Source: Octopus sinensis
Lineage: Eukaryota
Assembly (NCBI RefSeq): GCF_006345805.1
Contig: NC_043021.1
Coordinates: forward strand, 682,001 to 746,000
Reading direction: 5' to 3'
DNA length: 64,000 nucleotides
The notes under the pieces are model-generated. The model was not told the origin of the DNA, ran no database searches, and saw nothing but the letters and a program-made list of their open reading frames with translations. Below, piece after piece: positions 13,186 through 27,940 of this stretch. The first letter of the stretch is position 1. Each line of letters opens with the position of its first letter. Both the position numbers and the translations under genes were made by a program.

Positions 13186-15192
13186 ATATAGGAAGGTGTT
13201 TAAATATGCTTGCTGTTCAAAGCCACTTGTTTCAGTCCTTAGACTGTGGCCATGCTGGGGCACCACCTTGAAGAATTTTTAGTCGAATGACTCAACCCCA
13301 GGATTTATTTTTGTTTTCTTTTTAAGCCTGGTACTTATTCTATTGATCTCTTTGGTTGAACTGCTAAGTTATGGGGACATAACCACACCAACACGGGTTG
13401 TCAAGCAGTGGTGGAGATAAACACAGGCATGAAGAGACACACACATAGATATATACATACATATATATATGATGGGCTTCTTTCAGTTTCCATCCACCAA
13501 ATCCACTCGCAAGGCTTTGATTGACAGAAGGTTACAGTGGAAGACACTTGGCCAAGGTGCCACACAGGGATTGAAGCTGAAAGCCATGCGGTGGGGGAGC
13601 AATACCTGCCCCTGGGTCAAATAGATTGACCCCCCCCCAGGACTTGTTTTTAAGTTTGGTATTTATTCTATCAGTCTCTTTACCCAAACTGCTAAGTTAT
13701 GGGGATGTAAACAAACCAAGACCAGTTGTCAAGTGCTGTCTGTGTGGATAAGCAAAAAAACACACACATGTACATGCAGATCTCTTTATATGACAGGCTT
13801 CCACACAGTTTCCATCTACCAAATCCACTTTGGTCAGCCCAGGGCTATAATAAAGGACACATGTCCAAGGTGGTACGTAGTGGGACTGAACTCAAAACCA
13901 CATGGCTACAAGACAAGCTTCTTAACCACACAGCCATGCCTGTGCCTATATGCGTGTGTATATATATGTGGGTGTATGCCTGTGTTTGAATGTGCAAGCA
14001 TGGCTATGTGGTAAGACAGTTGCTTCCCAACCAAATAGTTCTGGGTTCAGTCCCACTGTGTGGCACTTTGGCCTCGGCCTAACCAGTGTGTTGTGCATGG
14101 ATTTGGTTGACAGAAACTAAAAGTAGTTTGATGTGTGTGTGTGAGTGTGTGATGCATGTGTGTGTGTGTGTTGGGTGTATGCGTGTGTGTGTACATGTGT
14201 GTAGTTGTATGTATGTATGTGTGTGTGTGTGTGTGTGTGTGCATGTGGGTGTGGGTATGTATGTGTGCTGCCTTCTCCTTTTGACATTGTATGATAGCTG
14301 TAGACAAGCTTCCCCGTCATACAAGCAGCGCTTTCCATTCCCAGTCTTCTGTGGAAATGTGTCATGCCATGGGGAGACCGTTCCCTTGCTTTGAAACAAG
14401 AGAAGATTGGCAACAGGAAGGGAATCTGGCGATGGAAAGAATTTGCATCAACGAATTTCATCTGTCTCATGCAAACATGGGGAAGATAACATTGAAATAA
14501 ATGATGATGGGGAGGTATTTACCCGTGGAGGCACACCTATGGTACCTATGTCACCAGTGGCACATTGTTGCCTGTTTATGTGACACATGATGATAGTTAG
14601 ATAAAAGAGAAAACAAAAAAACTCTCCCTACAATTATCAGGTTTATCAAAAACAAAATCCTGATTTATAAATGTTTATCCAAAACTGAAATGTAACATTC
14701 CTGCAAGTTTGTCAGGATTATTTAAGAAATGACACACGCACACACACACACATGTATGTGAAGACCCTTGGCCTAGTGGTAAGGGTGTTGTGCTCATGAT
14801 AGCTAGATTGTGGGTTCAATTCCCGGACAAGGTGGTACAGTGTGTTCTTGAGCAAAACATTTCATTTCATGTTGCTCAGTCTACTTAGCTGTAAACGGAT
14901 CCCCCTGTGACAGACTAGTCTTCCAATAAGGGACAATATAGGCCTGCTCGCTTAGCCAGCAGGGTGGCATCATTTGAAATGCTAACAAAAATGATGCAAA
15001 GTGCATTGTGACCAGTGATGTATAACAACATTTGATAGTCTGGTCAACCACATGATATATATATATATATATATACACATACCTCCTGTGATTTTATATA
15101 TAACATATTTAAACCTGTTGTCGTTATGCTAAAACAACCTTTTATATTAAATTCTTTTAATTAGCTCTTCAGTTTGATTTTAACTCAGTCGT

Positions 15193-15251
15193 TAACCCAC
15201 ATTCAACCTCTCATTAACCCACACTCAACCTCTCATTAACCCACATTCAAC
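15193..15251. repeat. 22-bp tandem repeat, about 2.7 copies (TAACCCACATTCAACCTCTCAT)
   Basis: Direct reading. Confidence 0.85.
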
Positions 15252-15879
15252 ATGTTATTAATTCCCATTTGTACAGAAGATAAAATTGCTCTGAAATCAG
15301 CAACAATTTTTCTGTGAAACAGGAGAAATTCTCAGTAAAGGAATTCATTTTGGATTCTGCTGGGGACTGGTTGCCTAGCAACAAGAATAAGTGTTGTGGG
15401 TGGAGGAGGTAATTTGTTTGTGTGGTGGTGGTGGTGGGGAGGTAGAGAGGAAAGCGAAAGGAGGAGGGGAAGGCAGAGGATAGTGAGGTAGTGGCAGGGA
15501 GAGGTGAGAGTGGTGTGGCGTGTGCGCGCGTGCAGGTGTGTAGCTCAGCAGTTGGAAGGAGTGGTTGGAGGGAGGTGGCTTCTGTACTACACACACACAT
15601 ACACAGACATGCACACACATACAAACTCACCTGCACACACACACACACACACATGCACACAGACACATACAGCACAGACGTATACAGCCATGCACACATG
15701 TGCAAACAAAGACATACACACACACATACAAAGGCATACGTATTCACCACATACACAGACATATGCACACACACACACACACACTGGTTTGCCTTCGCAG
15801 CTAAGAGTTACATCAAAAGTTCAATGCAATCTCTTTTATGAAAAACCAACCAAAACGGTTGCAGAGTTGAGATGGAATG

Positions 15880-15951
15880 GAGGAGGGGGAGATAGGGGGA
15901 GAGAGGAGAGAAAGAGGAGAGAGAGAGAGAGAGAGAGAAGAGAGAGAGAAG

Positions 15952-15983
<32 letters not shown>

Positions 15984-16081
15984 AAGAGGAGAGAGAGAGA
16001 GAAGAGAGAGAGGAAGAGAGAGGAGAGAGAGGAGAGAGGAGAGAGAAGAGAGAGAGAGAGAGAAGAGAGAGAAGAGAGAGA

Positions 16082-16114
<33 letters not shown>

Positions 16115-16210
16115 AGAGATGACCAAGTTAGCAATGCTAGAAACTATAAGAGCTGCAAGTTGTAGTTTAAAGAATCTCACAATGGAAGACAAGGAAACGA
16201 GTGTGTGTGT

Positions 16211-16251
<41 letters not shown>

Positions 16252-16328
16252 TGTGTGTGTGTGTGTGTGTTGTGTGTGTTGTGTGTGTGTGTGTGTGTTC
16301 TGTGTGTGTGTGTGATGTGTGTGTGTGT

Positions 16329-16370
<42 letters not shown>
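15880..16370. repeat. GA-rich purine tract (15880-16120) and (TG)n tract (16198-16370)
   Basis: Direct reading; explains the poly-ER/SL/HT/CV pseudo-ORFs. Confidence 0.97.
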
Positions 16371-19300
16371 CACTTGTTGATGACTTCTAACATTTGTCGC
16401 TGTGTCCGTTGCATCAAACTCGCCCCCAGCATTCTGCTTTTTGGTCCCATCATCAAACTACAGGCTTTTGTTGCTATAGTAATGTAATGGAGGTTTTACA
16501 ACTGTCCGTAGGGGCTTTCATCCTTTTTGGAGTCAACAAAATAAAACCAGTTGAATACCAACGTCAACCTGTAGCCATGTTTATATATATATATATATAC
16601 ATATATACAGATATATGTATATTTTTATTTGTTTCAGTCATTTGACTGCTGCCATGCTGGAGCATCACCTTAAACGGCTTTAGTCAAAGAAATTGACCCC
16701 AAGACTTATTCTTTGTAAACCTAGTAATGATTCTATCAGTCTGTTTTGCTGAACCTCTAAGTTATTGGGATATAAACAGACACCAACATTAGTTGTCAAG
16801 TGATGGCAGGCGGGGAGGGGGGGACAAATACAGACACACTCACATAAATATATACTTGTGAGTACGCCCAGCACTTTGCCACCATCCCTATCTTGCTGTC
16901 TCCCACTCTCTCTCCCTCTCCTTCTCCTGCACTTCCCTCAGGTTGGGTAACCATGTATGTATCTCCTTTGCAGCAGCACACCTCTTTCTGCCCTCATTCC
17001 TAATCTCTCTCTCTCTCACTGGCCAGGTAACCTTATACTTCCTCTACAGCAAGGAACTTGTTTCTGTCTCACTCTAACTTTTCATCATCTGACACAAGAT
17101 CACCTCCTTCATAGCCCACCTCCCCTCTCAAAAGATTTTTGTCTCGCAAGGTACTTTGTGACCCTGTTAATGCAGGTGCCACTTAAAAAGCATCCAGTCC
17201 ACACTGTAAAGTGGTTGGCATTTGCAAGGACATCCAGCTGTAAAAACCTTGCCAAAACAGACACAGAAGCCTGGTCAGCTCCTGTCAAATCATCCACCAT
17301 GGTGGATGCTAAATGATGATACATGACAAGCTCCTTTCAGTTTCCATCAACCAAATCCACTCACAAGGCGTTGGTTGGCCTGGGGTTATAGTAGAAGTGG
17401 GACTGAACCCAGAACCATGTGGTTGACAAGCAAGCTTCATACCACACAATCACACCTATAAGGAATAGATAAGTTCTTAATGAAACAGCCACAGCTTCTC
17501 CTTTTAACACTGCCGTCCCTTAATGACATGCTAACCTTACCTTCATGGCACAGCCACGTGAGAGCTTTAAAAGTACAGCCATGTGTACTTTAAAAGATAC
17601 AAGCTCTGTCTTAATGACAGTCGTGTGGATATTTTAATGACACAGCTACATTCTTATAATGAAATAGCCATGACATTGTTTGGAATTATTCTGTTTATTT
17701 TCATTTCAACAAAATAAACATTTTGAGTCGACGACAGATTGGACTGAGTAAAGATCGAAGGTGGGTGACCAGGGCTATTGAACTGGATTACTGAAGGGAG
17801 TGGCTTTTGGATTAAGTAAATTAATTTAACATCTGTCACTGTCTCTTTATTGATTTCAATCAATAAACTGTGGCCAGGCTGGGGCACTGCCTTCAACTGT
17901 TTCAGTCAACTTTGTCGGCTTGATATTAATTTTGAGTTAGATGGAAGCAGCATTTTATACCCAATGGTCAAAACACACACACACACACACACAACAGGAT
18001 TCTGCAGTTTCGGCCCCTTCAATCAAATTCCCCTGATATTTTGTGATGGCTACAAACTTGAATATGAACTAGAAAAGGCTTCTAATTGTAGTCATTGAGT
18101 CTGTTATAAATAGTGACGAAATCTCTATTGAATTATATCTGTTGTAAAAAGAGAAAAAAGGAAGGGCAAGTTTATCAAAGATTATATTACCAATTGTTTG
18201 AATAACTGTTGTATTTTACATTTGTAAATAATGATGTCATTGGTGACAGATTTATAATGGATTAATCACTGATCTACTCTTCATGTCCAGGGACAGTAAC
18301 AAGGAATTATTTGAGCAACCTGGGCAGAACAAATAACACAAAGGACTTCTATCAAAAACATTGCCAAAGAAATACATTTCTAATGAATTTCAGTCTTGTA
18401 CATTCTAATAACAAGGTGAGTCAAGAATGTGGCAAAAGACAACTGACAAAAGGTGCTGTCCACTGGAATTGAACTGACCACCAAGCAGTTGTGATGTAAA
18501 CTTTTTAAGCACCCACCCATATTGGGAGGAGGAATGACTTACCATTGATTGCTGCTAATAACCTGAAGTTAGATAAAGAATTCTTATTAATTCTGTTGTC
18601 TTTTGATTAAAGATTGTAGAAAGTAATTTCCTGTCCAAATGTGGTTTGCCAAGAAACAGTCGTAAAAAGGTGAAGGTCATCTGGGAAGAAGAGGAGGAAT
18701 ATTTCAGGTGGAATTGGTCAGATTTCGGAGAAGAGATCATTGTAGAAGTAATAAACACAGAGGGAGTACACTGCCCGAGGTCAGTTTTGCAAGGGGCTGG
18801 TTAATAGGTCTGACACACGGACATGTCTATGAGTGAGGTCTGTCACCATTTTTATGTCCACTTTTCAATGCTTGCATGGGACATCATGAGGTAGAATTTT
18901 CTACAGCTGGATGCTCTTCCTGTCAGCAACCCTTCACACTTCCTCATGGCCAGACATGTTTTCGTGGAAGAATGGAAATGAACACCCCTTGCATAACAGT
19001 AACATTCGTTTACAACTATCATGCAGTGTACTCTGTAGAAAACCAAACCGGGGTCGACTATGGACCCTGGTGTGGCCCCGGTCTCGCCAGTTCAGCTGTT
19101 CAACCCATGTCTGTAAGGAAAACACATGTTAAATGATGATCATGCAATGTCAAAGCAAGGAGATACACACACACATACACTATTTATTTATACGATGGGC
19201 TTCTTTCAGTTTCCATCTAGTAAATCCTCTCACAAGGCTTTGGTTGGCCAAGGCCTATAATAGTAGAAGACACTTGCCCAAAGTGCCAGACAGTGGGATT

Positions 19301-20001
19301 GAACCTGGAACAAAGAAGCTGGGAAGAAAATGTCTTACTACACAGCCATACCTGTAGATATAACTCTGTACGTTACCTTTGGGTAAGTGACCACAACAGA
19401 AATGGATGGGCAGTTGTTTTGACTGTCCATGCTTCAGTGTTTGAAGTGGATTGGTCAGTGAATCACTTGTTGTTGGATCTGGTGAAGGAAGTCTGTACGT
19501 GTTGCAGCCGGATTGTCCTGATCTGTGAAAGTGAGGGAACACTTCAAATACTGTAATCCCATGTTTAAAACAACAGGATTACTGACCACAAGGCAGGAGG
19601 TCAACGTTGAGACAGTTCTCGTGTCATCTCTTGAAAATATTTAGTTTCAAACCAAGAAAATGGAAGATGAAAATGGTTTTATTTTTTTTTTGCTTTTTAA
19701 ATCATCTGTAAAAAAAAAACACAACACAGAATGGATTGACTAAATCCTGCTCGGAGTCTTTCCTCACTCTGGTCTCTTATTCCTGCCGGAAGTCTACTCT
19801 GCCTTCATTTTATTATTGTACCTAGTCTTTAACATTGGGTACTGTTATAGTTTTCAGGGGTCGGTAAATGTGAGGTTGAAGGGGGCATTTTGTTTATGTC
19901 AAAGCCTACCAGCATCCAAGACTGTAACAAGGAATCTCCAGGTATCTGTGGTCGGAACTGGGAAATAGCTGTATGCCACGTCTTGTTTGTTAGTCTTCTG
20001 G

Positions 20002-20090
20002 TGTTGCGAGGTCAATGGGACGATGAGGATGTTGCGAGGTCAATGGGACGAGGAGGATGTTGCTAGGTCAATGGGACGATGAGGATGTTG
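20002..20090. repeat. 28-bp tandem repeat, about 3.2 copies (TGTTGCGAGGTCAATGGGACGATGAGGA)
   Basis: Direct reading. Confidence 0.95.
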
Positions 20091-22785
20091 TCACAAGGTT
20101 TTAATCACTAAAATAAATAGAACAATGTGAAACAAAAGGATGTGTGTGTGTGGGGGGGGGGGATAAGACTTAGCTAATCTTCTCAGACATAAGTTGAGTC
20201 AGTTCAAGACAGGTTGATTAGGAAAGCCAGGATTAATGAGAAAGCAACACCGACAGAATTTATATTAACGTAGGTTGGATTTCAAACCTGGACACAATCA
20301 CCATGATGGTCATCATTTCACATTGACTTTCCACGCAGACATGGGTTGGACAGATTGTCAGAGTCTGAGGCAGTTGTTAGATGAGCCACAGGACCCTGTT
20401 TTGCATTGAAATTTTAGTTTGGTTCCCCTTTCTAACATCAGCTCCATTCCAAAGTGCAGTGGGTGCATTTTATAATGGCATCCTTACAAGAGATGTTAGG
20501 AACTGAGTGTTGCCATGACAACTTTATCATCCTCATTGTCCTAATGTCCACTTTTGCAGGAGTCTGTCAGAATTTGTTGGAAGCAGATATTGTGTGGTTG
20601 AATACACTTCCTGCCACTAACCTTCACCTGTTTCCAAGCAAACAAATATTTCTTCATGGTCAGACAAGTTCTCACAGAAGATTAGGAATGAATGACACTC
20701 ATTTACAGCTTATCACACGACGCCAAGAAAAGGCAACACAAACATTTACTCAGACACACATCATCATCATTCAACGTCCATTTTCCATGCTGGCATGGGT
20801 TGGACGGTTTGATAGGAGCTGCCCAGGCCCCAGTTGTCTGTTTTGGCAAGGTTTCTGCAGCTGCAGGCCCTTCCCAATGCCAACTTCTTCACAGAGGGCA
20901 CCGGGTGCCTTCACACAGCACCACACAAATGCATGCAACAAACCCCTTCCAGTTTCTGTCTACCAAATTCATTCACAAGACTTTATTGAAACCAAGGCTA
21001 GAGAAGACCCTTGCACAAGAAGCCATGCAATGGGATTGAACCTGAAACCTTATGGTTGGTGGGTCAATGTCTTAACCACACAGCCAGGTCTGTTTAAAAA
21101 TTAGTCACTCAGTCCACTTAGCCGTAAATAGGTATCCTATCAGTTCTCTTTAGTAAATGGTAGATCATTGTAACTCAGATGAACTTTGTTAATCTGAAAT
21201 TAAAACAACAAGAAGCCCCCCCTCCCAATCTCTAATTTCTTCTTCTTCAGTGAAGTTGGTTCAGGGATATTAAATTTTAGATAAAAAAAAAAATCTCAAA
21301 AACAATTTCACTATTTTATTCATGTCTTCTAATGCCAGTTTGGGTTGGCTAGATCTTTAAATTCAAACATTTTCAAACAGTTTATTCAATTGTTGACTTC
21401 ACTGAATTTACTGAGAATTGAACACATTTTTTTTGTTTTTTAATCAAATCTTGACTCCTTTCTAAGATTTGAGATAACAACCCCCACCCATGTTGCTGGT
21501 CCTTTATTTACCTCCAGAAAATTAAAAGTGGAATCCTATTTTCTCAAACACAAATATTTTTTTCTTTTTTTAAATAAACAGAATGTTTTTTTTTTAACCC
21601 TTTATCATTCAGATTTATTCCATCCAATGAAATCCTTATTTATTCCCATTGATAAGAATTAATCCTGCATTGTTTTGTAGCTTTGAGATTTCAATGACAT
21701 GATTGTTTATTTTTATAAGGAAAGCACAAGAGGCTGGATGTGGCCAGTTTGAAGATAAAACAAGTTGATTATTTCAGCCAGATGTGGCCAGTTGAAATGT
21801 CAAATTAAAAGTTGTTGAATAATTTATTAAATGGATAAGAGAAAGAAGTTTTCAAACTCTGAGTAGAAAGTTTTGTTGTAGGAGAATGAAAGGTTAATGG
21901 TGAAACCCTTGAGGAAGGGCGACTAGATTTATAAGGGAGTCTGGTTGCAGAGATAGACAAGTTTATCTGATGTGAAGGTTTGGAAGGTTGAAGAAAACCT
22001 GTTGTAGCACTGATGAAACTGGACACAGGAGAGATCCTTAAAGAATAACACAGGTTAATATAGAGCTTTTGTAATAATCTTATTTCAATGACCATTACCT
22101 TACAGAAAGACTGTTGTTGGGCTTTATTGCAGGCTTTGAACACTTTCACCATCTTGATGTTCTTCAATAAACATCAACTCCCACCATTAAAAAAAGACAT
22201 AAAAAAAACAGAAAAAAGAAGATAAATCCAAAAGATTTTCCCCACATGAAATAAAAACCTTTATATCATCCCATAATACATTGAATTCTGTTTTAACAAA
22301 GACACCATATTCCACTGGCATCTGAAGATTAAAAAAAAAGCAAAACAGTTATTTACAAAAATATTTCCCACTTCACAGCCGCTGTTTCTTTTTCTGTTGA
22401 GGTCAGAGAGTTTGTCCTGGTAATCGCAGCATGGTCTCCCTCTTGGACAGTGGTCTAAAGCAGATGTTAACATGTCCTGCGGACAGCCTCATAATGGTTC
22501 TTCCACAGTCTTTGTATTGCTGCAATTCAACATCCCTGGTCTGGAGGACCCAAAGATCCTTTCGACATTCATCTGGGTACCTTCAGGTCAATGGGCGGGG
22601 CTGAATACAGCTGACTCGGAATAACATGTCGCTGGTATGGACAGGACAGTGGACAATAAATAACAGAAGACAGGCGACATTGTCCAGGCAATGTGTGTTC
22701 ATAGATATATTTGTATTGGTCACAGATATTGACCAGCAGCTAGTTTAGCGAGTCCACCAGACCAGACTGGAGCAGGTAAGATGCT

Positions 22786-22910
22786 CTAATGAAGCGCATA
22801 GAGAATCATTAGTATGATACAACCGGATATCACAGACGCCAGGATAATGGAGTCGCGTCGTTTGCGAATGTTGACTCGTTGCATAAGGCTGTTGATGGCG
22901 GGGAACCGAT
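22786..22910 (-). CDS. GOSR1: GOSR1 terminal coding exon 8 with transmembrane anchor and TAG stop
   Basis: Acceptor ctcttcag; encodes RFPAINSLMQRVNIRKRRDSIILASVISGCIILMILYALH*. Confidence 0.96.
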
Positions 22911-25900
22911 CTGAAGAGACGAGTCAAGGGGACATAACTGCGGTAATACACAACATTCATGAAAAGACGTAAAGACAAAAATAAAGGAGATGAAATATTT
23001 GTGGGGCTGTGTGTTTAGTGAAGGACGCGGGGAGAGGTGAAACTTTAGAATATAACTTTAAATAAGTCGGTTAAATCTAGTTTCAAGCATTTAATAGTCT
23101 AACCTCACCCCCGTCTTTGATACCCGTTCATTAGTATTTTGTCTTGGGATAAAATTTATTCAACAAATTGATTATATTATAAAAGAAAAGAAAAAACAAA
23201 CACCAAAGAAAAAAATGTTAAATTAATCTTGTGATAATTTCAATTTTTTTTTCTACATTTCCCAAAGGATGAAAGACAAAAGTTGACATCAGTGGGATTT
23301 GAACTCAGATCATAGAGAGCCACAAGAAATGCCATAAAGCATTTTGTCCAATCCACAAACAAATTCTGTCAGTTTACTATCATCGTCATCGTTTAACGTC
23401 CGCTTTCCATGCTAGCATGGGTTGGACGGTTTGAGAAGAAGTGGCAAGGACAGGGACTGCACCTGGCCCCTTTGTCTGTTTTGCCAGGGTTTCTATGGCT
23501 GGACGTCCTTCCTAATGCCAACCACTTTAGAGTGCCAACAACAGGTGCTTTTTACATGACATCAGCACCTTAATAATAATCCTTTCTGCTAAAGGCAAAA
23601 GGTCTGAAATTTCATGGAAGGGGTCAGTTGAGTAAATATTGACCCCGAAAGGATGAATAATGAAGATGATGATGTGTAACATCAATAATGATGATAATTA
23701 TTTCCAAGTTTGGCACAAAACCAAGAATTTATAGGAAAGATGCATGGTGGCTGAATGCTCCTCAGTCCATGTCAAAACCTTACACCAAATGGTATTAATA
23801 GAGAGGGACTACTTGGGTGGGGTTTGAACTCAAAAATATAAAAAGACCAAAGTGAAAAACATTCCACTACTGACCCCCACTCCGCCCTGTGCACCCAACA
23901 ACACCCTGCATATATTAAAATGTTGCACATTAATGTGCAGCCATAAAGGATACTTGCAAACGAGTTCATTGTCTGTGTTATGGACATCAGCATATTTTTC
24001 TGCACGTACAAGTTTTCTTTGGTTGCCATAGCAACGCTGTAAATTAAACAAAAAATATTAAAATTTTTTTTTCCAGATTATTGAGTCAGCTATATCGGAA
24101 TGCAAAGCAGTAATCTGTTTATTGGCAAGAAATGAGGGGATAATCTCACCTAATCTGTTCATCCACCAATCTTTCTGAACTGAAAAATAAAACAAAAAGA
24201 AATGAAAAGGGTGGGGAATACAGGGTCAGAGGTCAACAATGTCACAACTATCAAAAAGACATCGACGACAACGTCATCGTCGTCACCACCAGCAGCAGCC
24301 ATTTGTTGAGAGGGATTCTTTGATGTTTGAATAATTCACCTCTGGAAACATGGATGTTTCCTTCAACATTCTTAAATAACCCTTTATTCAGGGACCTTTT
24401 GAGTGGGATGGGCTACTCAACCTGAAGAAAATTCTAACCGGGCCCCACCTACAAGGCCATGCGCTGTTTATCTTGATATGAGATCACCATGTCACACACA
24501 TGCCTGGTGTACCCTTATCAGACAGGTAGCTGGGATGGATATATTGGGCATTGTATGTTTGTACTCCAGGGTCACTTTGGTGACATCCACTACTCTCTTC
24601 ACACAACAAGAATAACAATAATGTGTCTTACTTTCGGATGTGTTCGTGTTCTTTTAAATAAAGATCTGTTCTTCTGTTGAGGCCTGACGAGTTTTTGTAG
24701 GCACTGAAATATAAAAAAGCAAGAATAAAAAGATTTTATATATTAACCCTGCCACCACCACCAATATTACTGTTTATACTAGATACCAACAACACAATCA
24801 TTAAACTAACGTCACCTTCAGGTCTACAGTGTAAACATTATCAAAGCAATTAGTAGACAAAAGCTTCCTCTAAGTGAATTTATAATCACAAATGAAGGAC
24901 AGAAAACAGAGGTGGATCTACGTTTGCTCCGAGCCATAGAGTGAACATCACTACATGTCATTGGCATCAGTGCAACAGCTACTTTGTCATGCTGGTAGGA
25001 ATTGGACAGAATTCATTGAGGCAGATTCTCTACAGCCGGATGCCTTCCCTGTCTCCCACCCTCACCTGTTTCCAAACAAGGAAATATTTCTTCAAGGCCA
25101 AAAATGTGATTTTACAAAAGACTGGAAAAGAAGGACCCCGGTTGTATGAAGGGGACACTTGTTTACAATTATCATGCAATACTAAAACAAGGAGACACCA
25201 CTAGAGGCTTCTTACAATTTCCATCTACGAAATCCACTCACATAGCTTTGTGTGGCCCAAGGACAGAGTTGAAAACACTTGACCAAGGTGGCACAAGGTG
25301 GTGAGAGCACTGAATTCCACTGTAGAAATTTGGTCAAGTGTTTGTACATGTGTGTGTGTGTGTGTGTGTGTGTATACATTTGCTGAGCAGACCTAATAAG
25401 ACTGAAACATTGTTTTTACATTTTTACATAAACACCACAAACACACACACACACAAACGACATTTTATCAAAAACTCAAACAATAACATTCAGCCATGAA
25501 ACCTTAAAGGAAAATATCAAAATTTACGGACCCAGGTCAACCAATGATGTCATCAACACAATTCAATGAAAACAAAGGAGAGAGGGAGGGAGGGGGGAGA
25601 GAGAGAGAGAGAAAGAGGGTATGTAAATGTGTGTGTGAGACATACAACTGAAGTTACTTACTTGATATCTCGATGAACTGACCCCAAGAGGTCGTCTCTC
25701 TCCTTCAGAGCCGTTATATTGGCTTTGGTCTTCTGGAATTCCCGAGAGTAATTCTGAAGAATGTCCCTATGTCTCTGTAGGGTGTGCAGCAAGGTGGCAC
25801 TCGGGGAGCTCAAACTGAAATTCTGGGTATATTCTGCCAACAGGTCATTCACTTCAGTCAGCTGCAAAAGCAACATCATCGTTAGCAAAGCATTTGGTCG

Positions 25901-27871
25901 TTATAAGCAACAAAACTGATACCAATGGCCCAGCTGCAGCATCTATGATGTATCTTCCCACCCCACTATCTCAACAACCACATTAAACTACTTCTACATG
26001 TTAGAAATAGCAGCCAAATCTTCCACATACTCTAAAAGTAAAACAGAAAAGAAGGACATATTCAATAATGTAGTCTTGGTGAATCTAAATGTGACGGCCA
26101 TGGTTGGAGTGTCTTTGGTCATAGATCTAGCGGATCAACGCTGACCTGATGATCAAACATTAGCATGATGGTTCTTTCCCATCAATGATTTCATCCCACG
26201 AAAACCAAATGAAAACAATCAACACGTACTGACCTTTGCCATTAACTGCTCTAGTTCCATGGTCATTGTCTCAAACATGTGGTCACTGTTGGTCTTGTTG
26301 AGCAAAGGGACTGTGTCGCTGCTGAGGAGATACAGACAATATACATATATATATATATATCTATATACACACACATATACACATATAATACATACATACA
26401 TTCATGATATGTATTTCTAATTTAGACACAAGGACACACACAAGTAAAGAATCACTCAGTCAACCCCAGTATGTGACAAGTATTTTATTTGATCAACCCT
26501 GGGAAGATGACAGACTTTAGTAAGATTTGAGCTCAGAACAAAGTGTTGTAAAAAGACAATTTCTAGCCAATCCAACATCCTAATAATAAAAATAATAATA
26601 AAAAATGTCCTGATGCCAGGCTTTCATACATTTTACCCCAATGTCACTTTGATGGCATACACTGCTTTCTCACTCAAAAATAATATCGCCTCCCCAGGAA
26701 TTTTGCAGGAGGGGATAAGTCAATTGCATTGACCCCAGTACTCAACTGGTACTTATATATACATATATCGGACGTTAAACGATGATGATGATGACATATG
26801 TGTGTGTATGTATATATATACACATACACACCAGGCTTTGTGTGTGTATATATACACACATACATTATATATATATATATATATGTATAGATACACACAT
26901 ACAACTACTGGGTATATAATATGCTTTATACAGCAAGGTACAATATAGAGTAAATATTACGCTACATTATTAATATCATTATTACTGTTGAAGCTGCATA
27001 GTGGCTCCAGGTGAAACTCAGCATAGCCAGAGGGGCTGACTCAACCCAAATGATATGGATGTGTATATATACGTATGTATAGAGTAATAAATGAAATGAG
27101 GAAAGCTTCTAAGAAGCCCGTCTGGTTATCCAAATGGCAAGATCTACATAGACACACTTCTCTGACCCTTCTGATACATGTTCCAACACAGGAACATGTA
27201 TCATACATCAAAATGAAGCTGGTCCTCTGTGGATCACATCCCTACTTCTCAAAAGCATAGTCACCGTTTCTTTAAATAGCAATGTTCCACCTTCGAATGA
27301 GACCATGTATCCCTGCCCCGTAAAATTCTGTTGACTGTTCTTTGAGCCACTTCTTCACTCCCTCCTCACTGGAATAATGTTTGCCTCTCAAACCCTCTTT
27401 CATGGGGCCGAAGAGATGATAGTCTGAAGGCGGTAAATCTGTTGATGATGAAGTGAAAACTATAGTGAAGAAGTGGCTCAAAGAACAGTCAACAGAATTT
27501 TACGGGGCAGGGATACATGCTCTCATTCGAAGGTGGAACATTGTTATTGAGAGAAACGGTGACTATGTTGAGAAGCAGGGATGTGATCCACAGAGGACCA
27601 GCTTCATTTTGATGTATGATACATGTTCCTGTGTTGGTAATTATACCTGTCCTAAAACAAAATGGCATTACTTTTTGACTCAGCCTCGTATTATTTTTGC
27701 ACTGTTGGAAGCTTTCCTGGTTTCATTCATTATTCTACTTTTGAACTATAATGCTCCAAGAGAACTGCAACACTCTTTATTCATATATATATAGAGCTTT
27801 GTCTTCAAGAAAAGGTACAGACAATACACAATAGCAATATCACCATCACATACAATAAAATATTGTCATAT

Positions 27872-27940
<69 letters not shown>

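Noticed and set aside
20454-21104. 216-aa ORF on the plus strand
   Set aside because: Runs through a mosaic of family B and family A repeats; no protein motifs.
24022-24035. Perfect X-box-like GTTGCCATAGCAAC
   Set aside because: Lies in GOSR1 coding exon 7 and is explained by the codons for V-A-M-A-T.
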